From: Planctomycetota bacterium
GTDB lineage: Bacteria > Planctomycetota > MHYJ01 > WSZJ01
Direction of reading: 5' to 3'
DNA length: 64,000 nt
NCBI GenBank assembly: GCA_038060895.1
Contig: JBBTCT010000015.1
Coordinates: 121,616-185,615, forward strand
Shown: positions 20,301-29,802 of the stretch, in pieces
Position numbering within the stretch: the first letter of the stretch is position 1
How the letters are laid out: every line of letters starts with the position of its first letter
Position numbers and translations under genes: made by a program
Notes under the pieces: model-generated
The model's database searches: none
The model's input: only the letters and a program-made list of their open reading frames with translations
Told to the model about the DNA's origin: nothing

Positions 20301-20645
20301 GTAGTCGATGCGGCCGGAGGCCTCTTCGACGACGAGCGGTTCCCCGAGGTGAATGCCGATCCGCACGCGGACTTCGCCGACGTCCGCGGGCCACTTTTCG
20401 CGGGACAACGCTTCCTGCGCGGCCAGGGCGAAACGCGCCGCCTGGGAGGCGGAAGCGAACGCGACCATGAAGGAGTCGCCCTCGGTCTTGACCTCGAATC
20501 CGTCGCAGTCGGCAAGGGCGGCGCGCATGATGGCGTTGTGGCGGGCGAGGGCGCCGGAGAACTTCTCGCCATGCCGCTCCCAGTGGGTGGTCGAGCCTTC
20601 GATGTCTGAGAAGGCGAGCGCGACGGTGCCACGGGGGGCGGGCAT
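17364..20645 (-). CDS. Class III adenylate/guanylate cyclase - STAND-type ATPase - TPR protein
   Basis: FSDIEGST, KTEGDSF, RIGIHLGE, DYLGPVVNRAAR (cyclase); FVGRE.EL, LTGPGGTGKTRL, LDNFEQ, LDGMPLALELAAAR (ATPase); C-terminal TPRs. Confidence 0.9.
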   Translation of the reverse strand: MPAPRGTVALAFSDIEGSTTHWERHGEKFSGALARHNAIMRAALADCDGFEVKTEGDSFMVAFASASQAARFALAAQEALSREKWPADVGEVRVRIGIHLGEPLVVEEASGRIDYLGPVVNRAARIAQAAHGGQVLVSEALLRAAGEALSGAVLADIGDHRLRGIERPERLWSILPASLATRRFPPPNTLSVAATNLPFPANSFVGRERELEEVAVLLATDGVRLVTLTGPGGTGKTRLSLRLGADLLDRFPDGVWFADLTEARDAAGVAQAVAAALHVPLTGCCPPEEAMGDVLELRKPLLLILDNFEQVVDAAPATVGAWLRRAPKLRVLATSRFLLGVAGEREIALEPLSSPARPGTPPTVADVAAHDAVRLFLERALEADPKFALTPANASDVAALCAELDGMPLALELAAARVRVLSPAQIVARLADKFRLLVSTRRDLPSRQRSLAGAIEWSWGLLEDWERSAFAQICVFRGGFDLEAAEAVLDLASFPAAPAAMDVVQRLRERSFLRGSESKSGLRFNVYVALREFGEAWWQDHAAEPEKRALDRRFTSHFLSWAERWAACIPTARALEAFDALDLERDNLFAASGRARSAGNSVASSRLTLACAALLMLRGPWDQRVPRLEAALAHASPPESVLLQARLAEALWDTGEGARATRESEAALEKARDLAHPATLLVALTIAANVLAGRGDVRGSLALREESLALARAEGDVRTAAMAQASAAMQYLRKGNRAATVAASDEALRGARASGDPWVIARVLGTCANIYSMFGEFESASGALDEAERIFRSLGDAVGAARMAASAGQRRAFAGSRAEGEAQLARAEIEFRRSGNREGVVMTLLDRGVIRKHLGDLDGALDLFTQCEALARSAGVSRTLGMALYEKGSVHVRRNDAPAAEACLDAATVILEAQEDERGLLSVLNARAHLAHNQGDHAGALASYREATERARRAGDLDGEATFRSNAAMMLLELGRPEEALSVARAAAEGYARASNTAGRASSLLTCARSQQALGRDDEALAAARDCLRDCDATGRDRPDVLTKAAEILVATAAAIGGAELAREALDRAASLGWLENPPAEVVEPLRRLRAAP

Positions 20646-20701
20646 GGGCCGATTATGACATGGCTCCCGGAAGCAGGCGGGAAACAGCGGTGCGGCGCCT
20701 G

Positions 20702-21547
20702 CTATTCCAGGTCGACATCCAGCGCGTAGGTATCGTCTTCGTCGTGGTCGGACCCGGACCCCCGGATGCGGATGTAATAGAAGCCGGTGTAGGGCGCGTC
20801 GAAATTCACGTGGTCGACCGCCGTGCCGCTGTTGGAGGACATGTCGATCAGGCCGCCGCCGTCGTCGTACACCTCGACGTCGTAATCGTCGGGGAGGCCG
20901 GAGAGGAGAACGTCCACGTTGAAGCCGTTGTCCTGCCAGAACGAAAACCAGTCCTCGTCGCCGTCCTCGTGAATGGTCGCGTTGAGCGCGTAGAAAGCGT
21001 CCGGGCCGCCGAGGTAGTGGGACTGCCAGTCGTCGTCGTTCGGCTCGAACTCGTCGAGCACGAGGAGCGACGGGCCTGAGAACACGACAATGTTGTCCGA
21101 CTCGTTCGACTCCGAAACCACGTGGGTCGCGTCGATGATCGCGCCGACGTAGTAGCGCCCGGGAGGAATGTCGGGGAAGGAGACCAGCAGATCGGCGTTG
21201 GCCCATTCGCCGGCCCACAGCGAGCCCACGTAGACCGAGCCGATCTTCCAGTCCGAGGTTGTTATGGAGGAATTTTCGGAAGCGTAGAAGTCCACCCAGA
21301 ATCCGCCGGACCAGTCGTCACCGTCGTTCTCGACGTCGGTTCCGATGCTGTAGAGGTACCCGGGGACCGCCGTGTCGTCGTCGTGGTGCCCGCCGTCGTC
21401 GTGCAGGTTCGGGTCGTCGTGAGAGTCGTGATGGTCGCCGCCGTCATAGTCGTCGTGGTCCCGATGCGGCCGGCAGCCGGAGAGCGCCAACCCGGCAAAC
21501 AGCCCCGCGACCAGGATGGCCAGAACACGCGTCTTAAAGGAGTTCAT
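20702..21547 (-). CDS. Lipoprotein with His/Asp-rich N-terminus, CARDB-like and PPC-like domains
   Basis: Lipobox LSGC; HRDHDDYDGGDHHDSHDD; V.ESNE.DN; DEFEPND; DEDWF, DYD.EVY, GFYYIRI motifs. Confidence 0.75.
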   Translation of the reverse strand: MNSFKTRVLAILVAGLFAGLALSGCRPHRDHDDYDGGDHHDSHDDPNLHDDGGHHDDDTAVPGYLYSIGTDVENDGDDWSGGFWVDFYASENSSITTSDWKIGSVYVGSLWAGEWANADLLVSFPDIPPGRYYVGAIIDATHVVSESNESDNIVVFSGPSLLVLDEFEPNDDDWQSHYLGGPDAFYALNATIHEDGDEDWFSFWQDNGFNVDVLLSGLPDDYDVEVYDDGGGLIDMSSNSGTAVDHVNFDAPYTGFYYIRIRGSGSDHDEDDTYALDVDLE

Positions 21548-21753
21548 GCTCCCCTCCGAAGAAGTGACCCATTCCCCGTGGACAGTTGTCCACTTTCGCG
21601 GACGGCATGGGCCGTCCGCGCGGGGTAACGGGCAAGACCCGCAAAGATCGCGCCAATTCCTGCGTCGCTGATCGCACTCAGGCCGGGCCTCCTTGCGCGG
21701 GGGAGCGTCGTTTCCCACTGCCCTCAGCCCGCCTTCGCGCTAAGATCCCACCC

Positions 21754-22410
21754 ATGCGAAGCCTTGAAAACCTTCTCCGCAAGAACCGCGAATGGGCCGC
21801 GCAGAAGAAAAAGGACGACCCCGAGTTCTTCGCGAAGCTCCAGTACACGCAGAACCCGGAATACCTCTGGATCGGCTGCTCCGATTCGCGCGTGCCTTCC
21901 AACGAGATCGTGGGCCTCCAGCCCGGCGAACTCTTCGTCCACCGCAACATCGCCAACGTCGTCGTCCCCAGCGACCTCAACTGCGCTTCCGCAATTCATT
22001 ACGCGGTCGAAGAGCTGAAAGTGAGGCACATCATCGTCTGCGGCCACTACGGCTGCGGCGGCGTCAAGGCGGCGCTGGACAACGTCGAAGCGGGCCTCGC
22101 GGAAAACTGGCTCATGCATATCCGCGAAGCGCACGAGGCGCACTTTGAAGAGCTGGAAGTCATCGCCTCGTACGCGGACAAGTTCCGCCGGCTCTGCGAG
22201 ATCAACGTCCTCGAGCAGGTCCGAAACGTCGGCCGGATGCCGGTCGTCCGCAAGGCGTGGAAAGGAAAGCGCGACCTGACCGTGCACGGCTGGATCTATG
22301 GCATCGAGGACGGCCTGATCCACGACCTGCATCTGAAGGCGAGCGGGGAAGCGGAAGCCGCGGCGATGAAAAAGCTCGAGAAGGGGCGGTTCAGGTCGCG
22401 AAGGGACTGA
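21754..22410 (+). CDS. can: Beta-class carbonic anhydrase
   Basis: LWIGCSDSRVP, GELFVHRNIAN, CGHYGCGG, HGWIYGIEDG. Confidence 0.93.
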   Translation: MRSLENLLRKNREWAAQKKKDDPEFFAKLQYTQNPEYLWIGCSDSRVPSNEIVGLQPGELFVHRNIANVVVPSDLNCASAIHYAVEELKVRHIIVCGHYGCGGVKAALDNVEAGLAENWLMHIREAHEAHFEELEVIASYADKFRRLCEINVLEQVRNVGRMPVVRKAWKGKRDLTVHGWIYGIEDGLIHDLHLKASGEAEAAAMKKLEKGRFRSRRD

Positions 22411-22455
22411 GTCTGACTTGCACCGCTGACAAGTCGGTCTTACAAGCCTGCCGAT

Positions 22456-25400
22456 TCAGGCCCACCGCTTGTTTCGCAGCATCCAATCGGTCAGGGACTT
22501 TCCAATTTTGTCCGCGGCTGCGCAGGCGCGCATCGCTTCAGCCCCCGGCTTGTCGCCGCGCGCCGAGAGAATCATCGCCGAAGCCACCGCGAGGGGAGCG
22601 TGCAGTTCCCCGGGTTGCCGGTCCAGCCAACGCACAAACCCGGCGCCGGGCGCCTTTCCGGCGAGCGCTTCGGACGGCGCTTTCCAGTCCGCAACTTTCT
22701 CGCTTCGCTCGTGGAGGATCCCGAGGGCCTTCGCCGTCGAGAGCATCGAGTTTGCCGTGAGCGTGGCCAGGAGCAGGCCCAGGTAGTGATGCGGAGTCGT
22801 GCCGGGCGACAGATCCGCGCCCAGGAGTTTCTGCGCACCCGACCAATTTCCCTGCGCGCAGGACAAAAGCGTGCGCCAGTGGCGGATTCGGAAGGCCGCC
22901 AGGCTCTTCGGCTCCATGGACGCTGCCACCGAGGCGAGCAGCGCTTCCGCTTCGCCGATGTTGCCGCCGCCGAGCAGGGATTCCGTGAGCCAGAGGACGA
23001 GGCGCACGCGGTCGTCGTCGTTGAGCCCCTCGGTGAGCCCGAGCGTTTTTTCCAGGTGGCCGCGCACCGCCGGGGCGTTTTCCTTCGGCAGGTCGAGACG
23101 CGCGAGCGCGGCGTGGCATTCCATGCGCAGTTCGATGCGCTGCTTGTGGGCGTCGAGGAGCGCCATCGCTTCCTGGCGAACCTTGTCGGGTCCGGCCACG
23201 GCGGACATGCGCAGGAAGTCGGCGCAAACCTGGGCGGTTTCGTGCGGCATCAGTCCGGGGACGGTCAGCATCTGCATGTACAGGTCGCGTGCGGCCGCGG
23301 GAGACTCTCGCTCCGCCTGCTCCAGGACCCCGTTCGCCATCGCCCGCAGCTCGAGCCGCGCCGGGTCGCCGCGGTGCTTTTCCATCCCCTGCAGCAGCAC
23401 CGCCCACATCTCCTTCCCCTTGCCTTCCTTCTGGCGGATCTTCGCCTGGCCCAGCACTCCCAGCGCCTCGTAGCCCGTCCCCTCGAGAAGTTTCAGGTCC
23501 GCCTGCGCTTCGGGAAGCTCTCCCATCTCGATCGAGCACTGCGCCGCCTTGAAGCGCGCGATCACGCCCTCGCTCCGGTCGGCGTGCGCTTCCGCCATGT
23601 CGCGGTAGAGCATCCGCGCTTCCTTCATCTGCCCCATGGAGAGGACTTTGTCGGGGAGGGCGAGGAAGTCGAGCTGAAGCGGCGGGCCATGGGATTCGAC
23701 CGTGACGGAGGCGAGGGAGACGCCGGAGGACTCGGTGGAGACGGCGAGGCGGTCGCCGCGCATGGGGAAGACTTCGCGGTGGTCGATGGCGAGCTGGTCG
23801 TCGATGAAGAGCCGGAGACGCGGGCCTTCGCGGACGATTTCGGCGCGGTGTTCGAGGCCGGCGTCGAGCGGGATGTCGAGCCGCCGCGCGACGATGGCGC
23901 CGTTACGGAGGAACTCGACGCGGCCGCGTTCGCCGGTGAGGAGGCGGAAGAGGTAGCCCTCGGGAGACGAGAGCGACGGAACGGCGAGCCAGACGCCGGT
24001 GTCGAGGGACGTGCGGTCCTTCGACGGGACGATCGTGGCCTTGAACCTGACGTCGCCGCCGAGCCGCCCGCGATGGAACGCTTTCGATTTCACGCCCGGG
24101 CCGCTTCGCAGCCGGCCCTCCTGCGTGTCCCATGCGCCGCCCGTGGACTGCCAGCCGTCCTCGCGAGGCTGCCACGGAACGCGCCCGTCGAGATACGCCT
24201 CGACTTCGTGGGCGAGTTCGCGGGCCGTAGGGAAGCGCGCTTCGGGTTTGAGGCTGAGGGCTTTCATGGCCATCTGGCAAAGCGCCTTGGGGAGCCCGCG
24301 GACGCCGGCGCGTTTTTCCGGCGGGATGATCTGTCCCGCGACGGTCTTGGCGAGGATTTCCTGGACGCCCCGGCCGTCCACCGGGAGGCGCTTCGTCAGC
24401 ATCTGGTAGAGGATGGAGCCGAGGGCGTAGACGTCGCTCGCGGGGCCCGCCGGATCGGCGTTGGCCTGCTCGGGGGACATGTAGCCCGGGGTTCCCTTGA
24501 TGGTGCGCACGGCGGTGCGCTTCTGCGATTCGCCACCGGGCTCGCGAGCGAGAAGAGCGGCGCTTGCGGGGGCGAGCATCTCGTGCTCGGCCCGCTCGTC
24601 GGGCATGCGCGCGAGGCCCCAGTCCATCACGACGACTTCGCCGAACTCGCCGATCATGATGTTGGCGGGCTTGACGTCGCGGTGCACGACGCCGTGGTGG
24701 TGCGAGAAGCCGATGGCCTCGCAGGTGCGCTTGAAGATGTCGAGAAGAGCCGGAAGCGTGTAGCGCTCGACGGCGGCTGGAATTTCCTCGCGGAGGTCGT
24801 TGAGGATGTCCTCGAGCGATTTCCCCTCGACGACTTTCATCGTGTACCAGAGGCCGAAGTCGGGGTCCTTGCCGACCTGGTAGATGGGGACGATGCCCGG
24901 GTGGCCCAGGCGGCCGGTGACGACGGCTTCGTCGAGCAGCCGGTGCATGAGCAGCAGTTCGTGAACGTCCTTCGGCTTGAGGACTTTCAGGGCGACTTCG
25001 CGGCCGAGGACCGGCTCCTTCGCGAGGAACACTTTCCCCATGCCGCCGCTTCCGAGAATCCCGGTAATCTCATGCCCGGCGATCTTGCCCGGCAGGAGGT
25101 CGCGCATGGCGGCTGGAAGGACGGAGGCAGGGCGCAGCGCTGCGACGGAGGGAGGAGTGGACTTGTTGGTGGCGGGGTGCGGAGCGGCCGGGCGCGGACG
25201 CGGCACCTCGGAGATGGCGGCGAGTTCGGGATATTCGGGAATCGGCGCCGCGGCCGCCTGTTCCGCGACCTCCCCGGCGGCCGGCGGGGCGGGAGGCGCC
25301 TCCGGCGCGGGAACCGGCGCCGCTTCCGTCTGCATCTCCGAGCGCTTCAGCGTCTCCGTCGGCGCGGCGATCTTGGACTCGACCGCGCCGGACCCGGGCG

Positions 25401-25611
25401 CGGGCGCCGGCGCGCGGACGGACGGGACCAGGGACGGAAGGGCCACGGCGGAGACGAAGGGCGCGGAGGCGGCGACGTCAGGAGGCCCCTCGGCTCGCGC
25501 GGGAGCCTTGATGGACGAAGCGCCTGCGCGGCACTCGGCACAGAAGAGCCCCGTGGTCGGCGGCTCGACCGGCTTCCCACAGCGCTTGCAGGATCGTCCC
25601 CCCGTGGTCAT
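22456..25611 (-). CDS. Ser/Thr protein kinase with N-terminal zinc ribbon and chlamydial PknD-like C-terminal region
   Basis: CKRC...CAEC; GSGGMGKV, VALK, HRDVKPANI, DWGLA, GTPGYMSPEQ; LALPD......ARMLYR.MAE.H.DR.EG..A.F motif recalled from PknD. Confidence 0.85.
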   Translation of the reverse strand: MTTGGRSCKRCGKPVEPPTTGLFCAECRAGASSIKAPARAEGPPDVAASAPFVSAVALPSLVPSVRAPAPAPGSGAVESKIAAPTETLKRSEMQTEAAPVPAPEAPPAPPAAGEVAEQAAAAPIPEYPELAAISEVPRPRPAAPHPATNKSTPPSVAALRPASVLPAAMRDLLPGKIAGHEITGILGSGGMGKVFLAKEPVLGREVALKVLKPKDVHELLLMHRLLDEAVVTGRLGHPGIVPIYQVGKDPDFGLWYTMKVVEGKSLEDILNDLREEIPAAVERYTLPALLDIFKRTCEAIGFSHHHGVVHRDVKPANIMIGEFGEVVVMDWGLARMPDERAEHEMLAPASAALLAREPGGESQKRTAVRTIKGTPGYMSPEQANADPAGPASDVYALGSILYQMLTKRLPVDGRGVQEILAKTVAGQIIPPEKRAGVRGLPKALCQMAMKALSLKPEARFPTARELAHEVEAYLDGRVPWQPREDGWQSTGGAWDTQEGRLRSGPGVKSKAFHRGRLGGDVRFKATIVPSKDRTSLDTGVWLAVPSLSSPEGYLFRLLTGERGRVEFLRNGAIVARRLDIPLDAGLEHRAEIVREGPRLRLFIDDQLAIDHREVFPMRGDRLAVSTESSGVSLASVTVESHGPPLQLDFLALPDKVLSMGQMKEARMLYRDMAEAHADRSEGVIARFKAAQCSIEMGELPEAQADLKLLEGTGYEALGVLGQAKIRQKEGKGKEMWAVLLQGMEKHRGDPARLELRAMANGVLEQAERESPAAARDLYMQMLTVPGLMPHETAQVCADFLRMSAVAGPDKVRQEAMALLDAHKQRIELRMECHAALARLDLPKENAPAVRGHLEKTLGLTEGLNDDDRVRLVLWLTESLLGGGNIGEAEALLASVAASMEPKSLAAFRIRHWRTLLSCAQGNWSGAQKLLGADLSPGTTPHHYLGLLLATLTANSMLSTAKALGILHERSEKVADWKAPSEALAGKAPGAGFVRWLDRQPGELHAPLAVASAMILSARGDKPGAEAMRACAAADKIGKSLTDWMLRNKRWA

Positions 25612-25840
25612 CGCGGGTATCCTAGTCGCTTCGTTGCCGGAAGCAATCCGGGAAAAATCGGGCGGTTTGCGGTTCCCCGGACCCTGAAAACAAAACATCT
25701 GCCTGCGCGGGATTTTTTCTGCGTTCGCCTTTGATTTTCCGGATCCCACTGCTTCATGCGCTGGAAAATCAAAGACGGGTCGCGAATGAAAGAGAATCGA
25801 AGAGAATACGACCTGGCATGAAGGAAAGGGCCGCAGCCGC

Positions 25841-28552
25841 TTGAACCCGCACGACGCCGGCGAACGCTTCACCCTCGGCCGCGAACTCGGCCGCGGCGGG
25901 CTCGGGCGCATCATGGAAGCGCAGGAGAAGGACCTCAACCGGACGGTCGCCCTCAAACTCCTTCGCGACGACCTGCCGAGGGATCTTGCGGATCGCTTCA
26001 TGAGGGAAGCGCAGCTGACCGCGCGGCTCGAGCATCCGAACATCGTGCCGGTGCACGAATTCGCGGCGGTCGAGAATCAGCTGGTGCTCTCGATGAAGCG
26101 GATCCAGGGGAGCGACCTGGGGCAGCTCCTGCGCGCGATCGTGGAAGAACGGGCGCCGGGGTGGACGAGGCACAGGCTGCTGGGCGTGTTCCAGGACATC
26201 TGCCAGGGGGTGGCGTTCGCGCACGCGCAGGGAGTGATCCACCGCGATCTGAAGCCGGCGAACGTGATGATCGGCGATTTCGGCGAAGTGCTGATCGTGG
26301 ACTGGGGTCTCGCGAAGGACACGAAGGTCGCGGAGTCCCGGCCGCCGACCGCGCAACCGGTGCCGGGATGGACGGGCGGCGATTCCGCCGAGACGGTTGT
26401 GCTCCCGCTCGACGGCTCGACCTGCATCACGGTGGACGGCGCGCTCGTCGGGACGCCGGCGTACATGGCGCCCGAGCAGGCCGAGGGGCGGACGGCGGAC
26501 CTTGACGAAAAGAGCGACCTGTATTCGCTCGGCGCGATCCTCTACGAGATCCTGACGTTTGTGCCGCCGGTCGAAGGGCTCAGCCTGTTCGAAGTGCTGA
26601 AGAAGGTGGCGACCGGCGAACGCGTGCCGCCCTCCGAGCGCCTGCGCACCAGCCGCCCCGGGGATCCGCCCCTTCCGCCCGAACTCGACGCGATCTGCCT
26701 CAAGGCGCTCTCGCTGAAAAAAGAAGACCGCTACGAAAACGCGACCGCGCTTCACGACGACATCCAGCTCTACCTCGAGGGCGTCAAGGAACGCGAGCGG
26801 AACCGGCGGCTGGCCGAGGAAGCGGTCTCGCGCGCGCGCCGGCACATGGACGACCAGGAGCGCCTGCAGCGCAAGGCGGGGGCGGCGCTTCGTACGCTGA
26901 AACTCGACGAACAGCGTGTCGAGCCGCGCGGGGACAAGTCGGCGCTGTACCGCGCGCAGGACCGGCTCGAGGAGCTGTACCGGCAGGAAGCGCGGGCGTT
27001 TGCGGATGCGGTAGGGGAGCTGATCGGCGCGCTGAACCACGAGCGGACGCACGCCGGGGCGCGCCGGCTGATGGCGGAGATTCACTGGCGCAAGTTCCTG
27101 GAAGCGGAAGAGGCGGAGGACCGGCGCGCGATCGAGGTGCACCGGCGCGCGGTGGAGCAGTTCAACGACGGCGAGTTTGGGCGGCTCCTGAAGGGCGACG
27201 GATTCCTGCATGTGCGGGCGGCGGCCTACGAGTGTCCCTGCCTTCGCGAGGGCCGCCCGGTGACGGCCGGGGAGTTCCGGCGCCTCGGATACAACGTCGC
27301 GACGGGCCGCGCGCTGGACGGCCGTGCGCAGGCCGAGGGTGTGCCTTCGATCGAGCCCGCGACGGGGATCTTCCTTCGATGGCACTCGGCGGCATGCCGC
27401 CCGGCGCCGGTTGCGGGCGCGCGCGTCTGGGCGTGGAGAGTCGAGGAGCAGAATCGCCGGCTGATCCCGGTGACGCCGTCGCGAAACGAGGTCGAGCCCG
27501 CGGCGCGGCCGAAGAAAATGAAGGGCGCGCCGGTGCACGAACTCTACGCGCTCGACTCCGCAAGCCGTCCGGATGGCGCCGGCGTCTTTCTGGGTGTGAC
27601 GCCGCTCGAGCACGTCGCGCTTCCGATGGGCTCGTGGCTCCTCATCGTCGAGGCGGACGGCTTCGAGCCGATCCGCTGCCCGGTCACGGTCCCGCGATGC
27701 GGGACGTGGATCCAGGACCTCACGCTCTTCAGAACGGGCGAAGTCCCGGACGGTTTCCTCCCGGTCTCCGGAGGCTCATTCGTGTACCAGGGCGACACGA
27801 AGAACCCGTTTTCGATTCCTTCCGAGACGCGCGTCGTGCCGGACTTCCTGATCCAGCGCCATCCGGTGACGTGCCGCGAGTACGCGGAGTTCCTGAACGA
27901 CATCGACCCGCGTGAGGCGGCGCGGCGTGTGCCGCGGCTGGCGCCGTCCGGGGCGGCGTGCTGGGCGGGGCCGCCGTATGCGGTTCCGACGGCGGAGTGG
28001 CTGCGCCATGCGTCGCGCGAAACGCGGGCGCACGCGCGGCGGCCGCAGAACGCGGCGGCGGACTGGCATGCGGACTGGCCGGTGGTGGGGATCGCGTGGG
28101 ACGACGCGATGGCGTATGCGGCGTGGCGGCGCAAGGTCGAGCACCTCGCCTGTTTCCTTCCGCACGAGCTCGAATGGGAGAAAGCGGCGCGCGGCCCGGA
28201 CCGGCGTCACTTTCCGTGGGGCCCGCAGTTCGACGAGCGCTGGTGCAACGCTTCGAGGTCACTGCCCGAAGCGGCGCACCTCGTTCCGGTGAAAGAATTT
28301 GCCGGCGACGAATCGCCCTACGGCGTGCGCGGCCTCGCCGGCAACGCGGGGGACCACTGTCTCAACGACCCGGGGCGCGACCATCCCGGCGAGCGCGCGA
28401 TTCGCGGCGGTGATTTCACGGACACCGGCGTCTACGCGCGAGCGTGCTCGAGGGCGGGAATGAGCGTGCGAAACGTCGCAGACCACGTCGGTTTCCGGCT
28501 CGTCATTCCGGTGAGATCCGAGACGCGTGGGAGAAGCCGGGGTAGGGAGTAA
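25841..28552 (+). CDS. Ser/Thr protein kinase fused to an FGE/SUMF1 (C-type lectin fold) domain
   Basis: GRGGLG, HRDLKPANV, DWGLAK, GTPAYMAPEQ; PVT..EY.EFL, PVVGI.W.DA.AY, E.EWEKAARG.D.R.FPWG, SPYGV..LAGN, RGG.F, GFRL. Confidence 0.9.
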   Translation: MNPHDAGERFTLGRELGRGGLGRIMEAQEKDLNRTVALKLLRDDLPRDLADRFMREAQLTARLEHPNIVPVHEFAAVENQLVLSMKRIQGSDLGQLLRAIVEERAPGWTRHRLLGVFQDICQGVAFAHAQGVIHRDLKPANVMIGDFGEVLIVDWGLAKDTKVAESRPPTAQPVPGWTGGDSAETVVLPLDGSTCITVDGALVGTPAYMAPEQAEGRTADLDEKSDLYSLGAILYEILTFVPPVEGLSLFEVLKKVATGERVPPSERLRTSRPGDPPLPPELDAICLKALSLKKEDRYENATALHDDIQLYLEGVKERERNRRLAEEAVSRARRHMDDQERLQRKAGAALRTLKLDEQRVEPRGDKSALYRAQDRLEELYRQEARAFADAVGELIGALNHERTHAGARRLMAEIHWRKFLEAEEAEDRRAIEVHRRAVEQFNDGEFGRLLKGDGFLHVRAAAYECPCLREGRPVTAGEFRRLGYNVATGRALDGRAQAEGVPSIEPATGIFLRWHSAACRPAPVAGARVWAWRVEEQNRRLIPVTPSRNEVEPAARPKKMKGAPVHELYALDSASRPDGAGVFLGVTPLEHVALPMGSWLLIVEADGFEPIRCPVTVPRCGTWIQDLTLFRTGEVPDGFLPVSGGSFVYQGDTKNPFSIPSETRVVPDFLIQRHPVTCREYAEFLNDIDPREAARRVPRLAPSGAACWAGPPYAVPTAEWLRHASRETRAHARRPQNAAADWHADWPVVGIAWDDAMAYAAWRRKVEHLACFLPHELEWEKAARGPDRRHFPWGPQFDERWCNASRSLPEAAHLVPVKEFAGDESPYGVRGLAGNAGDHCLNDPGRDHPGERAIRGGDFTDTGVYARACSRAGMSVRNVADHVGFRLVIPVRSETRGRSRGRE

Positions 28553-28579
28553 TGAGCTGTGAGTGGTGCGTAGTGGGTA
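28542..28579. repeat. G-rich intergenic repeat (family C, second copy)
   Basis: gtagggagtaatgag...gtagtgggta matches 12956-13001. Confidence 0.5.
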
Positions 28580-28606
28580 CGCTCAACCCACAGCGCCTCG
28601 CGGCCC

Positions 28607-29647
28607 CTACTTCACTTCCACCTGCACCGAATTCGTGAACAGCTCCCCGCGCCAGTCCTGACGTCCTCCGCCTTCCACGTGATCCGAAGAAGCCTGAGTC
28701 TCCGTGTACACCCCCGTGATCCGGTAAATCCCCGGCGCCGTCGTGTCGAGCCCGTACTTCTTCAGCGACTTCGCGGTCTCGCCCTCACGCCATTCCGGAA
28801 GCGTGTACGGCTTGCCCACGGAGATCTCGACGAGGTGCGGCGCGTTTTTGTCCCAATCGGGGATCTCCGCCGGCTGCAGGAAGTGGCGCTTCCCGTCCGG
28901 AGTCGTGACGAGGAAGCCGTGGTTGCGATAGCCGTTGGAGTACTTGCCGTCCCAGACGAGGGCGGAAGAAGCGGGGAAGGCGAAGCGGGCGTCCTTGCCG
29001 ACGCACGCGATTTCGTAGCGGAGCGTGAAGTCCAGGAGGATGTCGTCGCCGGGCTTGACGGTCGCGGCGGCCGGCCTGATTTCGCCGCGCAGGCCCTTGA
29101 TCACGTCGCCCGTGGATTCGTCGAGGTTTGCGGTCCACTCGAGGTTCGCGGTTTCAAGCGTGTTGAACGCGCCGCCGTTGCCCGGGTGGTACACGAGGAC
29201 GGAGACCTTGAGGCGCGGCGCCTGGGGAAGCGGCACGCAGACGAAGTGCCACTCCTGGTCGTGTTCCAGCCCGGATTTCTGGATGGGGAAAGACAGCCCG
29301 ATCTCGAGTTCTCCCTGTTTGCCGTCGCTCACGGCCTTGCGCACGACGAACTTGTTCCAGTCGTCGCCGTACTGGAAGACGCTGGCGACCATGTTCTTCG
29401 AGAAGTCGGTCATGACGAGCGGGTCATCCGCCGGTTTCTTCCAGCCGAGCGCCGCGAGCCGGTCCAGGAACGCGTTCCACTCCGTCGTGTTGCGGAACAC
29501 CCGCGAGCCATTCGCGCCGAGCACGTCCGCCGCTTCGTCCTTGATCGTGCCGCGAAGCGCTCTTGCATCGGCGGGATCAGCGGCGGGAAGGGGAAGCGTC
29601 GAGACGGCGAGGAAGAGAAGGGCGGCGGGCAGGATGGCAGGGCGCAT
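28607..29647 (-). CDS. Exported hypothetical protein
   Basis: Signal peptide MRPAILPAALLFLAVSTLPLPAA; GGAG RBS; GC3-biased ORF. Confidence 0.75.
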   Translation of the reverse strand: MRPAILPAALLFLAVSTLPLPAADPADARALRGTIKDEAADVLGANGSRVFRNTTEWNAFLDRLAALGWKKPADDPLVMTDFSKNMVASVFQYGDDWNKFVVRKAVSDGKQGELEIGLSFPIQKSGLEHDQEWHFVCVPLPQAPRLKVSVLVYHPGNGGAFNTLETANLEWTANLDESTGDVIKGLRGEIRPAAATVKPGDDILLDFTLRYEIACVGKDARFAFPASSALVWDGKYSNGYRNHGFLVTTPDGKRHFLQPAEIPDWDKNAPHLVEISVGKPYTLPEWREGETAKSLKKYGLDTTAPGIYRITGVYTETQASSDHVEGGGRQDWRGELFTNSVQVEVK

Positions 29648-29802
29648 GGGGAACTCCGGTGCTGGGGTTCGGGGATTGGACGGCTCCGAATTCAGGAAGT
29701 TCCCGGTATTAGATGGAAGGCTTGTCCTCAGTAGAGTGCAGCCCCCGAATCGGGGGGGCCCGTGTGCATCGAGAATCGTCTTCCTCCGCTACCATCCCAC
29801 AC

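Noticed and set aside
16068-25734. Very long alternative-frame ORFs (e.g. 16068-19589 +, 22600-25734 +; likewise 55850-58396 + and 38087-39826 -)
   Set aside because: Antisense shadows of real high-GC genes, with no recognisable motifs.
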